In this document: positions 52,081 to 64,000 of the stretch, piece after piece
How positions within the stretch are numbered: position 1 is the first letter of the stretch
Layout: each line of letters opens with the position of its first letter
NCBI RefSeq assembly: GCF_009914755.1
Contig: NC_060935.1
Source: the human T2T-CHM13v2.0 reference genome, Homo sapiens
Strand: one strand, 5' to 3'
DNA: 64,000 bases
The notes under the pieces: model-generated
Told to the model about the DNA's origin: nothing
Database searches by the model: none
The model's input: the letters and a program-made list of their open reading frames with translations, nothing else
Translations under genes and position numbers: made by a program

Positions 52081-53429
52081 TTCCTGGTAGGAGGAAGTTT
52101 GGAGATCATAATCCAAGTTTTCCGACAGTCAAGCTCCCAGCCCACGTCTCTACTGTAGTTGGTCTCCATCCAGTCTAGGACCGGCTGCTTAACAGGGATG
52201 AAATGAAATGTTTTTTCTCCTTTAAAGATTTACCATGTATAAATGTATGAGAATATTAAAGGCAACAATTAACTTTATTGGAAACCTTATATTCTCCAGC
52301 CTCATTAGAGCTGCCAACAAGATCTATTATTAGTATTACTATGCAGATACTGTAATAAAAAGGGTATTTAAAGTGGATGGTTTGGCAATGAAATAAAATA
52401 GCTTTTCTCTCTCTTTCTTTTCCTTTTCAAGGTATATGTGTGTATCAGAGATGGTCTGGAGCAAGGCAAAAGCCCATGGGACCTGAGGACTGAAGAGCTC
52501 ATAAAATTTCCCTTTGCCACCATTGCAGACAACTAGGACAGTCAGGTGGGGGCAGGAGCTGGAGGTCATCAGAGCCCTCTCAACCTCTCAGCGGGCTCGC
52601 CCCCAATACCACTTGGAAGAGAAGGATTTCTGCAAGAGAGAAGATCCTGTTTATTCGAGCAGAAATGTGCCGTAGGGTCCAGCTGCTGTCTTTGTACAGT
52701 TGTGGACGTCTAACCAAATCCTTCTTGGGGCCTTCAGCTTCTTTCAGCTCATCCACTCATCGCAAAGATGGGAAGTGATTCCCCTCACTCCTTCCCCCTC
52801 TCTTCCTCTATTTACCCCACATCCCTTCCCTGGGTTATGGAAAGTCAGAAAGAGGGGGAGCCTGCCTCCTTGCCTTCTATACTCTGGCTTGCTTCCCCGA
52901 CTAGCTCAATTCTTTCTTTTCAACTCTAAGTCTTCCTGGATGAGGTGAGAATTTCTCCTAGGTCTGGCTCAGGAACCCAGGGAGTATGGGAGGCCTGGGC
53001 CTTTCCCCTCCTCAGCCTGCTTGCTTCCATAGCACAGAGAAGATGCTGCCCTCTCTCCCAAGGCCACCTGTTCCTCCTCCCTGTGCAGTGCCTGCCTCCG
53101 TCCCCACTGAGCATCCAGTGATGCCCTTTACTAAGAACCTGGGATGGGTGAGTCAGAAGGGGCAGCTGGTATCTGGTCTTTGACTCACCGGAAGCATCCC
53201 TGACCTGCTGAATGGAAAAGTCTCAGCTTAATTGGAGGCTCAGTTCTCCCGTAAGGGCTCACAGAGCTGAGCCCACGCTTATGATTATTACTCTTTTTAT
53301 TAATGCTAATAGTTACCATTTATTGCATGCCAAATACTGACTTATTTAATCTCCATGGCCACCCTGTAAGGTAGGGACTCTTGTTATATTCATTTTGTGA
53401 ATAAGGAAAGTAAGTTTCAGAGAGCAGAT

Positions 53430-53810
53430 ATAATCTATCCCAGCCTTCATCATTGCTCACCTGGACCTTTGCAGTAGCCTTCTCCCTGGTGTCCCTACTG
53501 CCACTCTTGATGACCTGCAATTCATTCTCCATACAGCAACACCCTATAAATCTACTGAATGTGTCAGCCTTTTTTGTGCCCCAGGGCCTTTGCATTGGTT
53601 GTTTCCTCTGTCTCAATAGAATGTTCTTCCTCCATATTTCCTCTTTTTCATCATTCAGTCTTCAACTCAAAGAGGCCTTACTTGAACACCTTCACAAGCA
53701 TGCACCTGCCTGTTCTATACTACACACTATATCACCACATGTCCAGTACCTAGAATAGTATGTGGCACATAGTAGGTGCTCAGTAAATATTTCTTAAGTG
53801 AATGTTGATG
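53430..53810 (+). mobile_element. L2 3' fragment
   Basis: 'cagggcctttgcattggttgtttcctctg...tggcacatagtaggtgctcagtaaatattt'. Confidence 0.75.
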
Positions 53811-54654
53811 AACTTATCCAAGGTTACATGCTAATCAGAGTTAGAGCAGAGAGTCAAATGCAGGACTGTCTGATCCTTAACCACATCATGTATATGTGTG
53901 CAGTTTGGGTGTTCAGGAGAAAGAAGAGTGGGATGGGGGCTACCCAGGGCCACTCAAAGACAACTCATCAAGAGGCCAAGGTCCTTTACAGGACCCAACT
54001 AGAATCCAAGCAGTGGGAAGGCCAGGTGAGGACAATGAACCTGAGGAAAGAGGCAAGGAAGAAGGGTTGAGCATGCAGTCCTGAGGCACTGATGGAGAGG
54101 TGAGAAGGGCTGTAGATTGGGGGCCAGGGCCACAAATGAGCACTGCTTGGCTATGTGATCCCCACTCCAGGCTACCAAGACCCACTAATCCTAGATGACA
54201 ATCACTGGCTCTTACTTTCCCCTCTCACAGAAAGAGAAGACAGGACTGTGGGAGGAGCTGTGGGAAGCCTCAGGACCAATTCTCATGCTATATGAATTCT
54301 CCAGTTCTGGACTTCCCTTGGGGACGGTTTTACCCTGAAATGGCAGTCAAGCTACCTGGGGATTGCTCTTCTGTGCCACAGTACCAGTAAGATTTTACAA
54401 ACCCACCTACACCCAGGCAACACTAGCAGTCAGTTGTGCCTTCTGCCTGTGACCCAGGAAAGGCTATTCTACCTCTCACTTTTAATTTACAACAAAGTGT
54501 CTAACATGCCCAAGAGTAATCACTGAGCTCTTACTGTTGAGTATAGTTTTGAGCTTCGGGAAGATGGAAGGAATGCAGAAAACACTATCTCTTTTGGGAG
54601 ATCTATAGTCTAACTGGGAGAGGACACACACACAAGGCATACTATTTAACTACT

Positions 54655-54890
54655 TAAGAGCATGGGCTACATCAGACCAGACAGACTCACATCCAAGTCA
54701 TCACTCAGCTGCTTCCTATTTGGGCAATTGTGTTCAACCATTGAAGTCTCAGGTTTCCCATGTGTGCATACACAACGGTGCACGCGTCCCTCACAGCACT
54801 ATTGTGAGAGTGAATAGCAAAGTACTTCATGAGCTGTCTGGCACCCACGTGCTCAATAAGTGAGAGGAGTTGTTGTTATTGTCATTGTTG
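54655..54890 (+). mobile_element. MIR
   Basis: 'ttaagagcatgggct...tctcaggtttcccatgtgt...attgtgagagtgaa...gtgctcaataag'. Confidence 0.65.
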
Positions 54891-55092
54891 TTACAGGAAA
54901 TAACCCACAGGTCACATATTAAGAAGTACAAATTCATTCATTCATTCCAAGTGAATGCAGCTCATAACTGCTGAGAAGACTGTGATGAAGAAATATCATT
55001 GAACGATGTTGTGGGGGCAGGCAGACTTCTTGGAAGAGGCCAGTTTCGAAGCTAGGAGATGACTCAGAATATTAGCATAACAGGAATGATTT

Positions 55093-55310
55093 CTAGGGCT
55101 TCTCAACTTTTCCTTTTTTACATTGTGTCACACAGGGAAAATGGTAATATTTGCATGCTGAAGTCAATAGCACAGGCTACTTGCAGTTAGAGGAGACCCT
55201 GTCCTGACCCACCCAGGCATCTGAAGGGCCAAGAGACTCACCATCTCAACACACAGGCAACCTAGTTGTGGCTCGGCAATGTGGCACAGCAACCTAGTGG
55301 GGAGCTCTGA
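55093..55310. mobile_element. MER112-like hAT MITE
   Basis: Ends 'agggcttctcaac' / 'gtggggagctctg'; internal 'aaaatggtaatatttgca'. Confidence 0.55.
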
Positions 55311-56469
55311 TTTAGAACAAGCACATCAATTGACAGATGACAAAACAGATTTGGGGAGCAGAAGCGACTTGGCTGAGGTCACCCTGGGGCAGCACCAAGC
55401 AGAGAACCAAAGGCCCCGTGCTATATTGTCTGCTCTCAAAAGATAGGAGGACATCAGGTCATGTGAGAAGGTCAAGGAGCTCAGCCCAGGGCAAAGGAGT
55501 GGGGCTAAATAGCATTAATGGAAGAGACCTGACCCAGTAAATAGTAAATCTAACGGTAGCTAAACTGAGCGTCCAGGGTCTCTGGCACTGTGCTAAGTGT
55601 TTGACATGCCTTATCTCGTTCATTGGAGGTAACGGCCCTATGAGAGGTCACACTGTTAATCAAGTTGTGATGCCAGCTTTGATGGTCACCAGAGGTGCAA
55701 AACCAGCGTGGGCGGCCGTCTCCAGGGCCATGCCAGTCACACTCACCTGGAGCAAGAAGCAGGCTGATCCTTTGGCCTCAGACCTCCACAGCCAGGGCCA
55801 GAGAAGACAGCCCAGACACGAAAGGCAGACCCTGCTCCATCTGAGCCGAAGGAAGCTTCCAATCCCACCCACTCGTTCTTCTCCTCTACCTTCCTTACCT
55901 GCTGCATCCACGGGAGCAACATGCTTGGCCCTGCCACCTTGCCGTATGCATCTTCTGCAGCCCATCTCCCAGGTGAGGAGAGTGGCAGCATGGCACGCAC
56001 TCCACCTGCTATTTAGAACGCCTGGCCAGGACTCCTGGGGGCACCAGCAGCATGCAGGGAAGTAACTCACAGACACTCAGCTTAATCAAGGATACGCTTG
56101 GCTCATGCTGAGGCCCAAGTCTGGCTTCTTCCATCTGGATCTGTTAAGGCCCTGGCTGGTTAGATGATGCCTCTTGGCCCCAATCCTTGGATGTACTGAG
56201 TCCTTTCTGGTGAAACTGACTTCTCAGTTGCCACCTGAAAGCTTTGTGTGCCAGTCTCAGGGCTCTTCCTCCAGGGCCTCTTTGCTTGTACCCCCTTAGG
56301 GTCCCCTCCCTTGGCTGAATGCAGCTCTATACACCCTATGTCCTACCATTGTCTTCAGAAGCCCTTTCCTTCTCATGCTAAGTCCCTGCATTTTCAGGCT
56401 GTGTTCTGCCCCTGGCCTTCCCCTAGACTGAGCCACCTAAACAAACACAGCTACAACTTTCAGATTGCA

Positions 56470-56990
56470 TGGCAGAAATGGGAATAAAATCGGCATTCTT
56501 CCACTTGACTCAAGGAGGCCTGCTGCACGACCTTGCCCTTGTCTCATTCTCCACCCTTATCTCCTGGCACCTTCTCTCGCACCCTGCTCAACCACGCTGA
56601 TCTTGGTGGTGGTTGTTTCTTCAATGACACCAAACTTTCCCCATGCAGGGCTTTGTGCAGGCTGCTCCCTCTGCCTGGAACACTCTTCACCTGACCCCTG
56701 CTGATCCTGCTTATCTAAGCTCAATATAATTGCTTATTCAGGTGATCCTTTTCTTACCACTATCTCTAGAGAGTAACCCCCCACTCTGCTTTTGTCTCTT
56801 GTATCATCACGCAGATATTTTCCTTTGTACCACTTGTAAAAATCTAGGATTATATGTTCATCTTCCCACATTCCAAGGCAAATTCTTTGAATGTAGACCA
56901 TGTCTTCTCACTCTCCATTTTACCCTTGGCTGACATAGTTGTTGGTATACACTAGGCATTTATTAAAAATCTATGTAATGAAGGATTGAA
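56470..56990 (+). mobile_element. L2 3' fragment
   Basis: 'cagggctttgtgcaggctgctccctctgcctggaacactctt...tgaatgaa'-type end. Confidence 0.7.
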
Positions 56991-58529
56991 TGAGTTATAT
57001 ATCCTAAATTTCAATTCCAACCTGGCTGCTGACTAGCTGTGTGAACTTGGCAAGTCACTTCCTTCTTTGGGACCTCAATGTCTCCTCTGTCAATGGGGAG
57101 AGAGAAGGCTGAAGTCATCCCAAAGTTCTTCCAGCTCTGCTCCTGCTGCAGCCAGGAGGTAACCTAGAAACCAGCATTAAGAGCACAAAGCACATCTCAT
57201 CCAAGGAAAGATCTCACTTCCGCATGCTCAAAGTAAGGAACCAATAGGCAAGAGGTACAAAGAATACTTCCATTATAGGAGAAGTAGCTCACACCAACAT
57301 GAACAGCCTGAAATGGAGGCAGCCCTGGGGCTGGTAGGACTTGGCAGAGGCCCCAAGGCCCCCTGGGCCACAGTGTGGAAAAAGATGGGGGCCTGCAGGA
57401 AAAGCAGCCCCAGGCCTTGTCCAGAGCTGGCTGCTGAACAGAGGAAGCCTCTTAGCCTGGGTTCTTGCATTCAACAGATCTCTGTACCTCTGTGAGGGAG
57501 CACCCTGGGACCTGGGATAGACACAGTACTTGTCATCAGAAAAAGGAAGATGTTTAATCTGTGTTTTAAATTTTAAATGACTCCACCTGAGAGTAACTGC
57601 GCCTGGCCCCTCTTATCTCCCAACCCAGCTCTCAATACTTGATTCAAATTCTATTACTGTGCTGACACCCCTCCTGAAGTTGAGTTCATTGCAAGGAGTC
57701 CCCCACTTTTATTTCCATGTAGGTCTCCCCCTCTCCATCTCTGCAAAGCTCCTTGACCCAAAGACAGCTTCAGAAACCATGCTGGGATACCCCACTCACT
57801 ATCTAATGGGGATTCTGGGCATCCAACAGGTGAACCCCAACCCCAGTAAGGTATCTGAGAGGCTCTGAGGTTCTCAGGGCTCCTGAAATTTGGTATCCCA
57901 TGGCACATACACTGTTTTATCTCCTCCTCCTACAGCCCAACTCTTAGAATTCTTTTATCACGCTGAAGTTTGGGGCAGACATCAGCTGTAGAGTTGTGCG
58001 TTGGGCCTAGGGTATTGCATAATCTCACAAATAAGTCTCTTCTACATTAGCTCTCTAAGCTTCAAGTGTGTGCCCAACCTCACCACATGGTCCTGAGCCT
58101 GCAATGGCTCTATGGGTGGTTGCACCAGCCACCATGGTGTCAAAAAGGTCTGGGGCTTGGGTAGCTTTGACTTTCCAAAGATCTTCATTTCTCTTCTCAT
58201 ACTTGATCCCCATGGTACCCCTAGCAGCAGCCTGCTGTGGTCGAAAAGCCAGGATGAGGAGTTAAGGGCCTGATTCTGCCCTTCCCCAGCCATAAGATCA
58301 GGCAGATCACAGCCTCTGCTCCTCCCTCCATCAGGTGAAAAGGTTGGGCCAAGTGAAGATTAGGTCTCTTGGTTCTAATATGGTAGAGAAGCAGAGCAAG
58401 TTTTAATAAGAGAAAATGAAACTGGGGCTCAAATCGCAGATGTGATTTGCCTGAGATCGCAGGATGGTTGGCTTAAGAACCAACCCTAGAATTCCTCTCT
58501 AGATCCCAGTTATTATCTCCATGGGACCA

Positions 58530-58612
58530 CAGGAAGCTCATGGCTACTACACTGGACAGCAAAAATGTAAAACGTTTCCATCAAGACAGAAAGTACAATC
58601 AAACAGTGTCAG
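58530..58612. mobile_element. MER3-like hAT MITE fragment
   Basis: 'tggctactacactggacagca...tttccatcaagacagaaagtaca'. Confidence 0.5.
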
Positions 58613-59011
58613 TTTGGAAATCATCTATATCTGCCTTTCTCCCCTCAGTTAGATTGGTCTCCTCAAGGGCAAGAATCTCAGCCTCCACATCTTAATACCT
58701 CCAGTGCCTAGCCCTGTGCTTGGTATCAAAAGTGCTAGAACATATATATCAGATGCAGCTGTTTGCTGGCAGAAAGCCTTGCCACCCAGCTGGGGGCTGG
58801 GTCTCAAGTTCAGGCTAGGGAACATTGTGCTGGAGAGTGGAGTCTGCATGGGATGGATCATCCCCATCCTCGGATGGGGTGGCCAGGAGCCTGGCTGCTG
58901 GAATAGAAGGCCTCACTAATCCATCTGTATTCTACAAGGACAGGCGAAGGGAGCACCTGGCACCGAGGGGGATCCCAGGTGGAAGGGAGCAGACACCACC
59001 CACGAGGGAAG

Positions 59012-59025
59012 CCAGCAGAGGGCAC
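59012..59025 (+). promoter_or_regulatory. CTCF core motif
   Basis: CCAGCAGAGGGCAC fits CCASYAGRKGGCRS with no mismatch. Confidence 0.55.
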
Positions 59026-59754
59026 TGCTTCCTCCACCTACATAGACAGTCCCAGCTGGGCAGCACCCTCGTTAGCACCAGGAGGCAACCCTGCTAATTA
59101 CCAAACCCAAACTCGGGATTTGCATTTTTATGAAATGCTCGCACAGGAGGCAAATATTTTGCCTTAAAAAAAAAAAAAAAAAAGTCAAGATGGATGAGGG
59201 AGAAAAACTCATACCAGTACATACTAATTCAATCTAATCTTGGTCATTTCAGTTTCTATAAGAGAGTGCTTTCATAAAGCTACAAAGCTAACATCCATAA
59301 CTCTCCAGTTTCCCCAGACAGGATATCTCTGCATTAAGTTTCCCATTTATCTTCAGAGATGGCAAATCATCCGTTTATAATGGGATCTAATAAAGCAAGC
59401 TCCCGTTGCAGTCCCAGCCGCAGGAATGCACCTCAGATCCAGAGACACTGCTTGGGGCCTGTGATGGCTTTACCTTCTAGATGCCTGAGTGTGCGGCTGG
59501 GGCATCAGCACATGACTTAGTTGTGGTGGCATGTGTGTGTTGGGGAGAGGGTGTGGCCTGCAGAAAGCAGCTACCCTACTCCCACCCGCCCCAACACATA
59601 CATCCCCCTGCCAAGACCAATGGAGGAGCTGGGCTGGGCTCGAGACTTGCTCTTTAAGGTAGGCAGAGCTTGCTGTAGGGATAACAATTTGGAAAGGAAT
59701 AGGGTTTGGCAGGCTGATGCAGAGGCTTAGCTGAGTAGGTGGGGATGATGTTCC

Positions 59755-60198
59755 ACTATCACAGGTCAGGGTGCCTGGGAGCAGCCCCTGAGATGGATGG
59801 AGTTTTGCCAGCAGGGTATTTAATAAGAAGTGGCATGGGGCCCACAGCAATGGTCAAGCAGGGTAAGAAGTGAGCCTGGGCAGATCGAGGAATCCAGCTT
59901 TTATGCAGCCCAGGCAGCCTTGGCACCTCACAAGGAGTTCTGGAGCCGATAAGGGCCTTTGGAAACCATGCTGAATCCAGCCAAGATGGCCAGGCCTTCC
60001 TATTCCCACATCAATCTGTCAGTGGATGTGGGCCACCCCAGAAGGGCACAACCCCAGGCATGAGGCTGTCTGCAGCTGAAGTGATCTCTGCAGAGACGGA
60101 TCACGGAAGCCTGTCTGCTGACTTTCCCAGCAGCTGGTCAACATGTTCTTCATTGACAGGAGATCTGGGCTGGGCTGCATATTACAGTGTCCGCCACA
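59755..60198 (-). mobile_element. LTR16-family ERVL solo LTR
   Basis: 'ggatgtgggccacccc...gtctgctgactttcccagcagctgg...gatctgggct...acagtgtccgccaca'. Confidence 0.65.
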
Positions 60199-60834
60199 CC
60201 TGCTAAACAATGTGTGTCCCTCTCCCCTCCACCCAAACATGTAGTTTTATCATCCGTACCTGTGTCCTATGGTGCCAGGCCTTGGGGGTTGGCAGACATT
60301 GAGCCCAGCTTGCCGTTCACTCAGTTCTATGCCCTGAACTTTCTCTGGACAGATGTCATAATAAAGCCTGTAGACCAGGCCTGATTGGCCCCTGGCTCAA
60401 CATCTGTGGGAAGCAGAAGGACCTTGGGAGTGAAGGGGTTGGGGGCCCAGCCCTAGCTAGAGCTGGCACAGGCTGAGGGGATGCAAAGATCAGGCAGAGC
60501 CACGTGAACAAACCTTAATGGAGGGTTCTAGGTTCAGAAGCTACAGCTCTGCTCTGATGGAGCACAGAAGTCATGGGGCTTATCCCAAAAGGGACTTAGC
60601 GGACTGCTGTCAAAGCACCTCCTGACCTGGTAGGGAGGCAGGTTTGGCAGCCTCTGATGTCTTATATGGGTAGGAAATGTCCTCTGCCCAATCTCCAGGC
60701 TGGGACAGGGAGTTCCGGGTTGAATCTGGTGCCATTTCCAAAGCCCAGTAGGAGTCCAGCAGTTATCAAGTGTTAGAAATGGAAGGAGGGAATCCTCAGA
60801 GGTCCCAACACCCATACAGGGCAGGGATCCCCTT

Positions 60835-61250
60835 GTCTTCCTTCGGGGTCTCCCAGAAGCAGATATGGAGATCAGGATTCAAATGCAAATCATCCATTTT
60901 GGAGGTGAGAACAGGAAACATCAGAAAGGAAGTGGGGAAGTGGTACTGGGGCGGGAAGGCAGCCAGTGAAGGATTCATTATCCAGCAAGTTTCCACTGTG
61001 GGGAACCCTCACTTAATCCTGCTGGAAACTCTGAGAAACAGTGGAAAACATTTGCCTCAGTGTGATCCCATCCAAGGGACATGGGAACTGGGACATTTGT
61101 GTACCAGCTCCAGTCAGTCATCACTTGAGGTCACCTCCCCGGTGGGGCATTAATTCCCTGGTGTTTGCAGTTGATGAATGGGGACCAAAATAGACTCTGG
61201 GGACAGAGAAGGCTCTAGGGCAGAGAAATGCAGGTGCTGGCTGCTGAAAG
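60835..61250 (-). mobile_element. Old ERVL LTR (LTR67B-like)
   Basis: 'cccagaagcaga...ggaagtggggaagtg...gggaaggcagcca...agcaagtttccactgtggg'. Confidence 0.55.
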
Positions 61251-61339
61251 CTGGCCAGTTTGCACTGCAGAAATAAGGGAAGGAGATATGGGCATCCACA
61301 GGATCTGCTGCCCCCTCCTCTGCATCCCCAGGTATGCTC

Positions 61340-61462
61340 ACGTTGCCTCTGATCAAACTCTTCCAGAAACAGGGAGCTTACTACCTCACACGACCACACA
61401 TTGCATTGCTGGACAGTTCTAGTTCTCAGAAAGTCATTTCTTAGGTTTAGCAAAAATCTGCT
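61340..61462. mobile_element. L3/CR1 LINE fragment
   Basis: 'acagggagcttactacctcacac...cattgctggacagttctagttctcagaaagtc' resembles the CR1/L3 3' region. Confidence 0.55.
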
Positions 61463-62299
61463 CACTGCCCAGTCTTGGTCCAGTGCCTTCCATTAGAACC
61501 AGGGTAGGAATTTTTGTCTATATGTTTCACTGCTGTCTCCCCAGCATCTATATCAAAAAAAACAAACAAACAAACAAACAAAAAAAAACCCAACACCTGG
61601 CACGTGTTAGGTTTCGTCAACACGTTTTGAATGAATGAATGCCTGTATGCTTGCTTGGCCCCTGCCTCTTAGGAGTTTACAACTTTTTCCTGTTTCTAGT
61701 TTGCTTTTCCACTTATACCCATGTATTTAAGCACACAGCACCGAAGCTGGAACAAAGCTGAGCTCCAGTGCTAGTACTCACCCATTCAACAAGCAGTTGG
61801 TGAACTCCTGTCATGTGTCAAACACTCTTCCCAAGTGTTCTGGGCTCTGGCTCTCTGAGGCATAAAGTATTAAGACAGAGGTAGAAGGCAAAAAAAAAAA
61901 AAAAAAAAAAAAAAACCCACCAGGGATTATGATTTTAGGAAAGATGCTAGGTGTTGAGTTCATCAGGCACAATGAGTCAAGGCACACATGTACATGCTCT
62001 TGCTCACAGCTCACTCACGTATTCCCTTTTACAGAGCTGACTCTCCCAATGTGGACACTGAGGCCTGGCCAGCCCTTGAAACACAATCTTCAGAAAAATC
62101 AGCCCTTCAGCTCTCCCCGCAAACCCTTCAGGAGAAGGCACGAAGAGTGGTTTTCCTCACAGACCCCAGGACACACTTCCTGTTGCCCATTAGGTCTGGG
62201 GAACTTGGCTCTCGGAGCCCCTCCCAGAAGGAGCCACAGTTCCCTCTGCCATTTGTGTTTCCTTTGAAATGTCTCTGTGTGTGCAGTTGGGTTGGGGGG

Positions 62300-62500
62300 G
62301 GCGCGGATTAGCTCCCCTGACTGAAATATGGCTCAGATGCCAGGAAGAGCAAGCTCGAAGCAGCAAGGCGAGTTAAGCTTTCTGCCTCTAGCCCACGGCT
62401 TAGCGGTGCGGATTACAACAGCAGGTGATGAGCGACGTTAGCCGCTGCCGTGGAGACTGTGAAAATCCTGTTACAGGGCAAAGGCGTTTTAGCTACAGCT
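62300..62500. promoter_or_regulatory. Candidate K50-homeodomain (OTX/CRX/PITX) plus bHLH enhancer
   Basis: GGATTA 62305-62310 and 62410-62415, TAAGCT 62374-62379, GGCTTA 62397-62402, CAGATG 62334-62339, CAGGTG near 62422; locally CpG-rich. Confidence 0.4.
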
Positions 62501-63609
62501 CCAAATTTCAAAGAATGATTGAGCTGGAACGTGGCAGGCAGGAGGCAACTAGGGTCCCAAATTATTTGACTTAAACTGAGAACTGGGCCTGAGGGGGCCA
62601 CTGAGGTAGAGAATTCTGGAGAGGGACACGGGTGTTCTGCCCCCCTGCCCACCATCCCCTGGGTAAAGACTTGGTCCTCTCTTCCCAGCAGCATGCCCCT
62701 CCCACCATCCTCCTCCCCTCCCCTCCCCTGACCATCCATAAGCGTAAGGAGCTTCCATCTGCCTTGAATCCTGTCGTCCTCACCAATCTGCAAACCTCTG
62801 GAGACCAGAGCCCATGGTGTCTTCAGCCCTGTGGGGTTCAGCACAGCTCCCAGCACAGCTTCCAGCACATGTAAGTGCTCAGTAAATTTTGTCAAATGAT
62901 CAATTGGTTGCTGCCTCAAAGCTGCATCTTCCTTGCCTTGTTCCACCTGGTTTCCAGATTCCCCCCACCACGCACACCCCCCTCAACACTGAGCACTCCT
63001 GGGAACCCTCATCTTTACACAGCCACCCCTGGTTCCTTGAAAATGAAACAGCACCTGGTGGCAGACCAGAATCCAACTGCAAATGAGTCACTTAGGGCAA
63101 GGGAAAGATTTGTGAAACCAGGAAAAGAATGAGGCTTCAGTAATTTCTTTACCCTGTTCAGTGGGAAAATGATAAAGTCACAGGATTTAAGAGTATTTTC
63201 TAGAGTCTTTGAGTTCAACACCCACCACCACCACCACATCGACCCTCCTACTCTCCCGCAGCCCATATTGGCCTTAAGGGGAAGTAGCTTGAAGTGGAGG
63301 AAAGAGTATTTGGAGTCGGAGGTCATTAGGAATCTAGGTTCAAATCCTAGTTTTTCAAGTCACTTAACCTTTCTGAACCTCTGTTTCCTCATCACCAAAC
63401 TGCCCACCTTATAAGCCATACACTGAGACAATGTCCACAGAGAAACTTCTCAGTGGTTAACACACAGCAGAGAGTAATCCAATAATAATGGCGTCGTTAT
63501 TGCGGGAATCCTGGTTCCCCATATGCTAAACCTTCATCCCTAAGGAAACTCAGTTTGAGTATGGCCTCTATCCCTAAGGAAACCCAGTTTATGGAGGACA
63601 TGAGGTCCC

Positions 63610-63790
63610 TTGATCTGATTTTATCCTCATAACAACCCTATGTGAGGTGAGTGATGATTATTCCCTCCCACAGAGTGGAAACTGGGGCTCACAGAAATAA
63701 CTTGCCAAGCTTGCTGGGCCAGGAAATATGAAGGCTGGAACTGGAACCCAGGTAGTGAGGCCAGAGCCCAGAGCTGTTTTCTATACCAGA
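63610..63790 (-). mobile_element. MIR
   Basis: 'atcctcataacaaccctatgtgaggt...ggaaactggggctcacagaaataacttgccaag...ggaacccagg'. Confidence 0.75.
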
Positions 63791-64000
63791 GTACCCCTCA
63801 GACAGGAACAACTGACTGTTACAGGGAACCCTATCCTGGGTGGGGACCTACTGTCTGGTAGACAAAGATGATGAGGGCAACTCTGTCCTCCCTCCCCTCC
63901 TCCCTCCCTTCCTTTTCATCCTTCCTTCTTTCCACCATGCAGTGATTAAGCGCTTGCCATCTGCTCAGCTGCTAGTAGTGAATATGTGGGATACAGACGG

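Noticed and set aside
57777-57904. Small element bounded by tgggatacc / ggtatccca
   Set aside because: The inverted match is only 9 bp with no TSD, compatible with chance.
61889-61914. Poly(A) run as the tail of a processed pseudogene
   Set aside because: No upstream ORF, clear poly(A) signal or TSD; it lies in L2-like context.

Overview
Non-coding primate genomic DNA: it carries AluS-type SINEs, old L1M LINEs, L2/MIR, MaLR/ERVL LTRs and hAT/Tigger MITEs. I found no supportable intact protein-coding gene, RNA gene or CRISPR array, and the long ORFs are translations of simple repeats or transposon relics. The centre (about 29.6-46.4 kb) is a nest of old same-strand L1s carrying a 4.0-kb internally deleted ERV1 provirus (LTR1/HUERS-P-like: two LTRs, degenerate PBS-Pro, broken gag, env tail only), Alus and an MST LTR. 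The most unusual structure is at 20041-20265: a 78-bp inverted repeat whose spacer is a copy of sequence 1.4 kb downstream, joined by microhomologies, which looks like a fossil multi-step template switch able to form a long hairpin. Other notable items are a 1.06-kb TC/TCTG tract, a nested AT palindrome, an Alu tail expanded into ~270 bp of purines, and several repeat-free islands resembling neural or developmental enhancers (POU/homeodomain, RFX, OTX/CRX and CTCF motifs). Repeat subfamily names are from memory of consensus sequences and need RepeatMasker/Dfam confirmation. I do not see evidence for a new multi-gene system.
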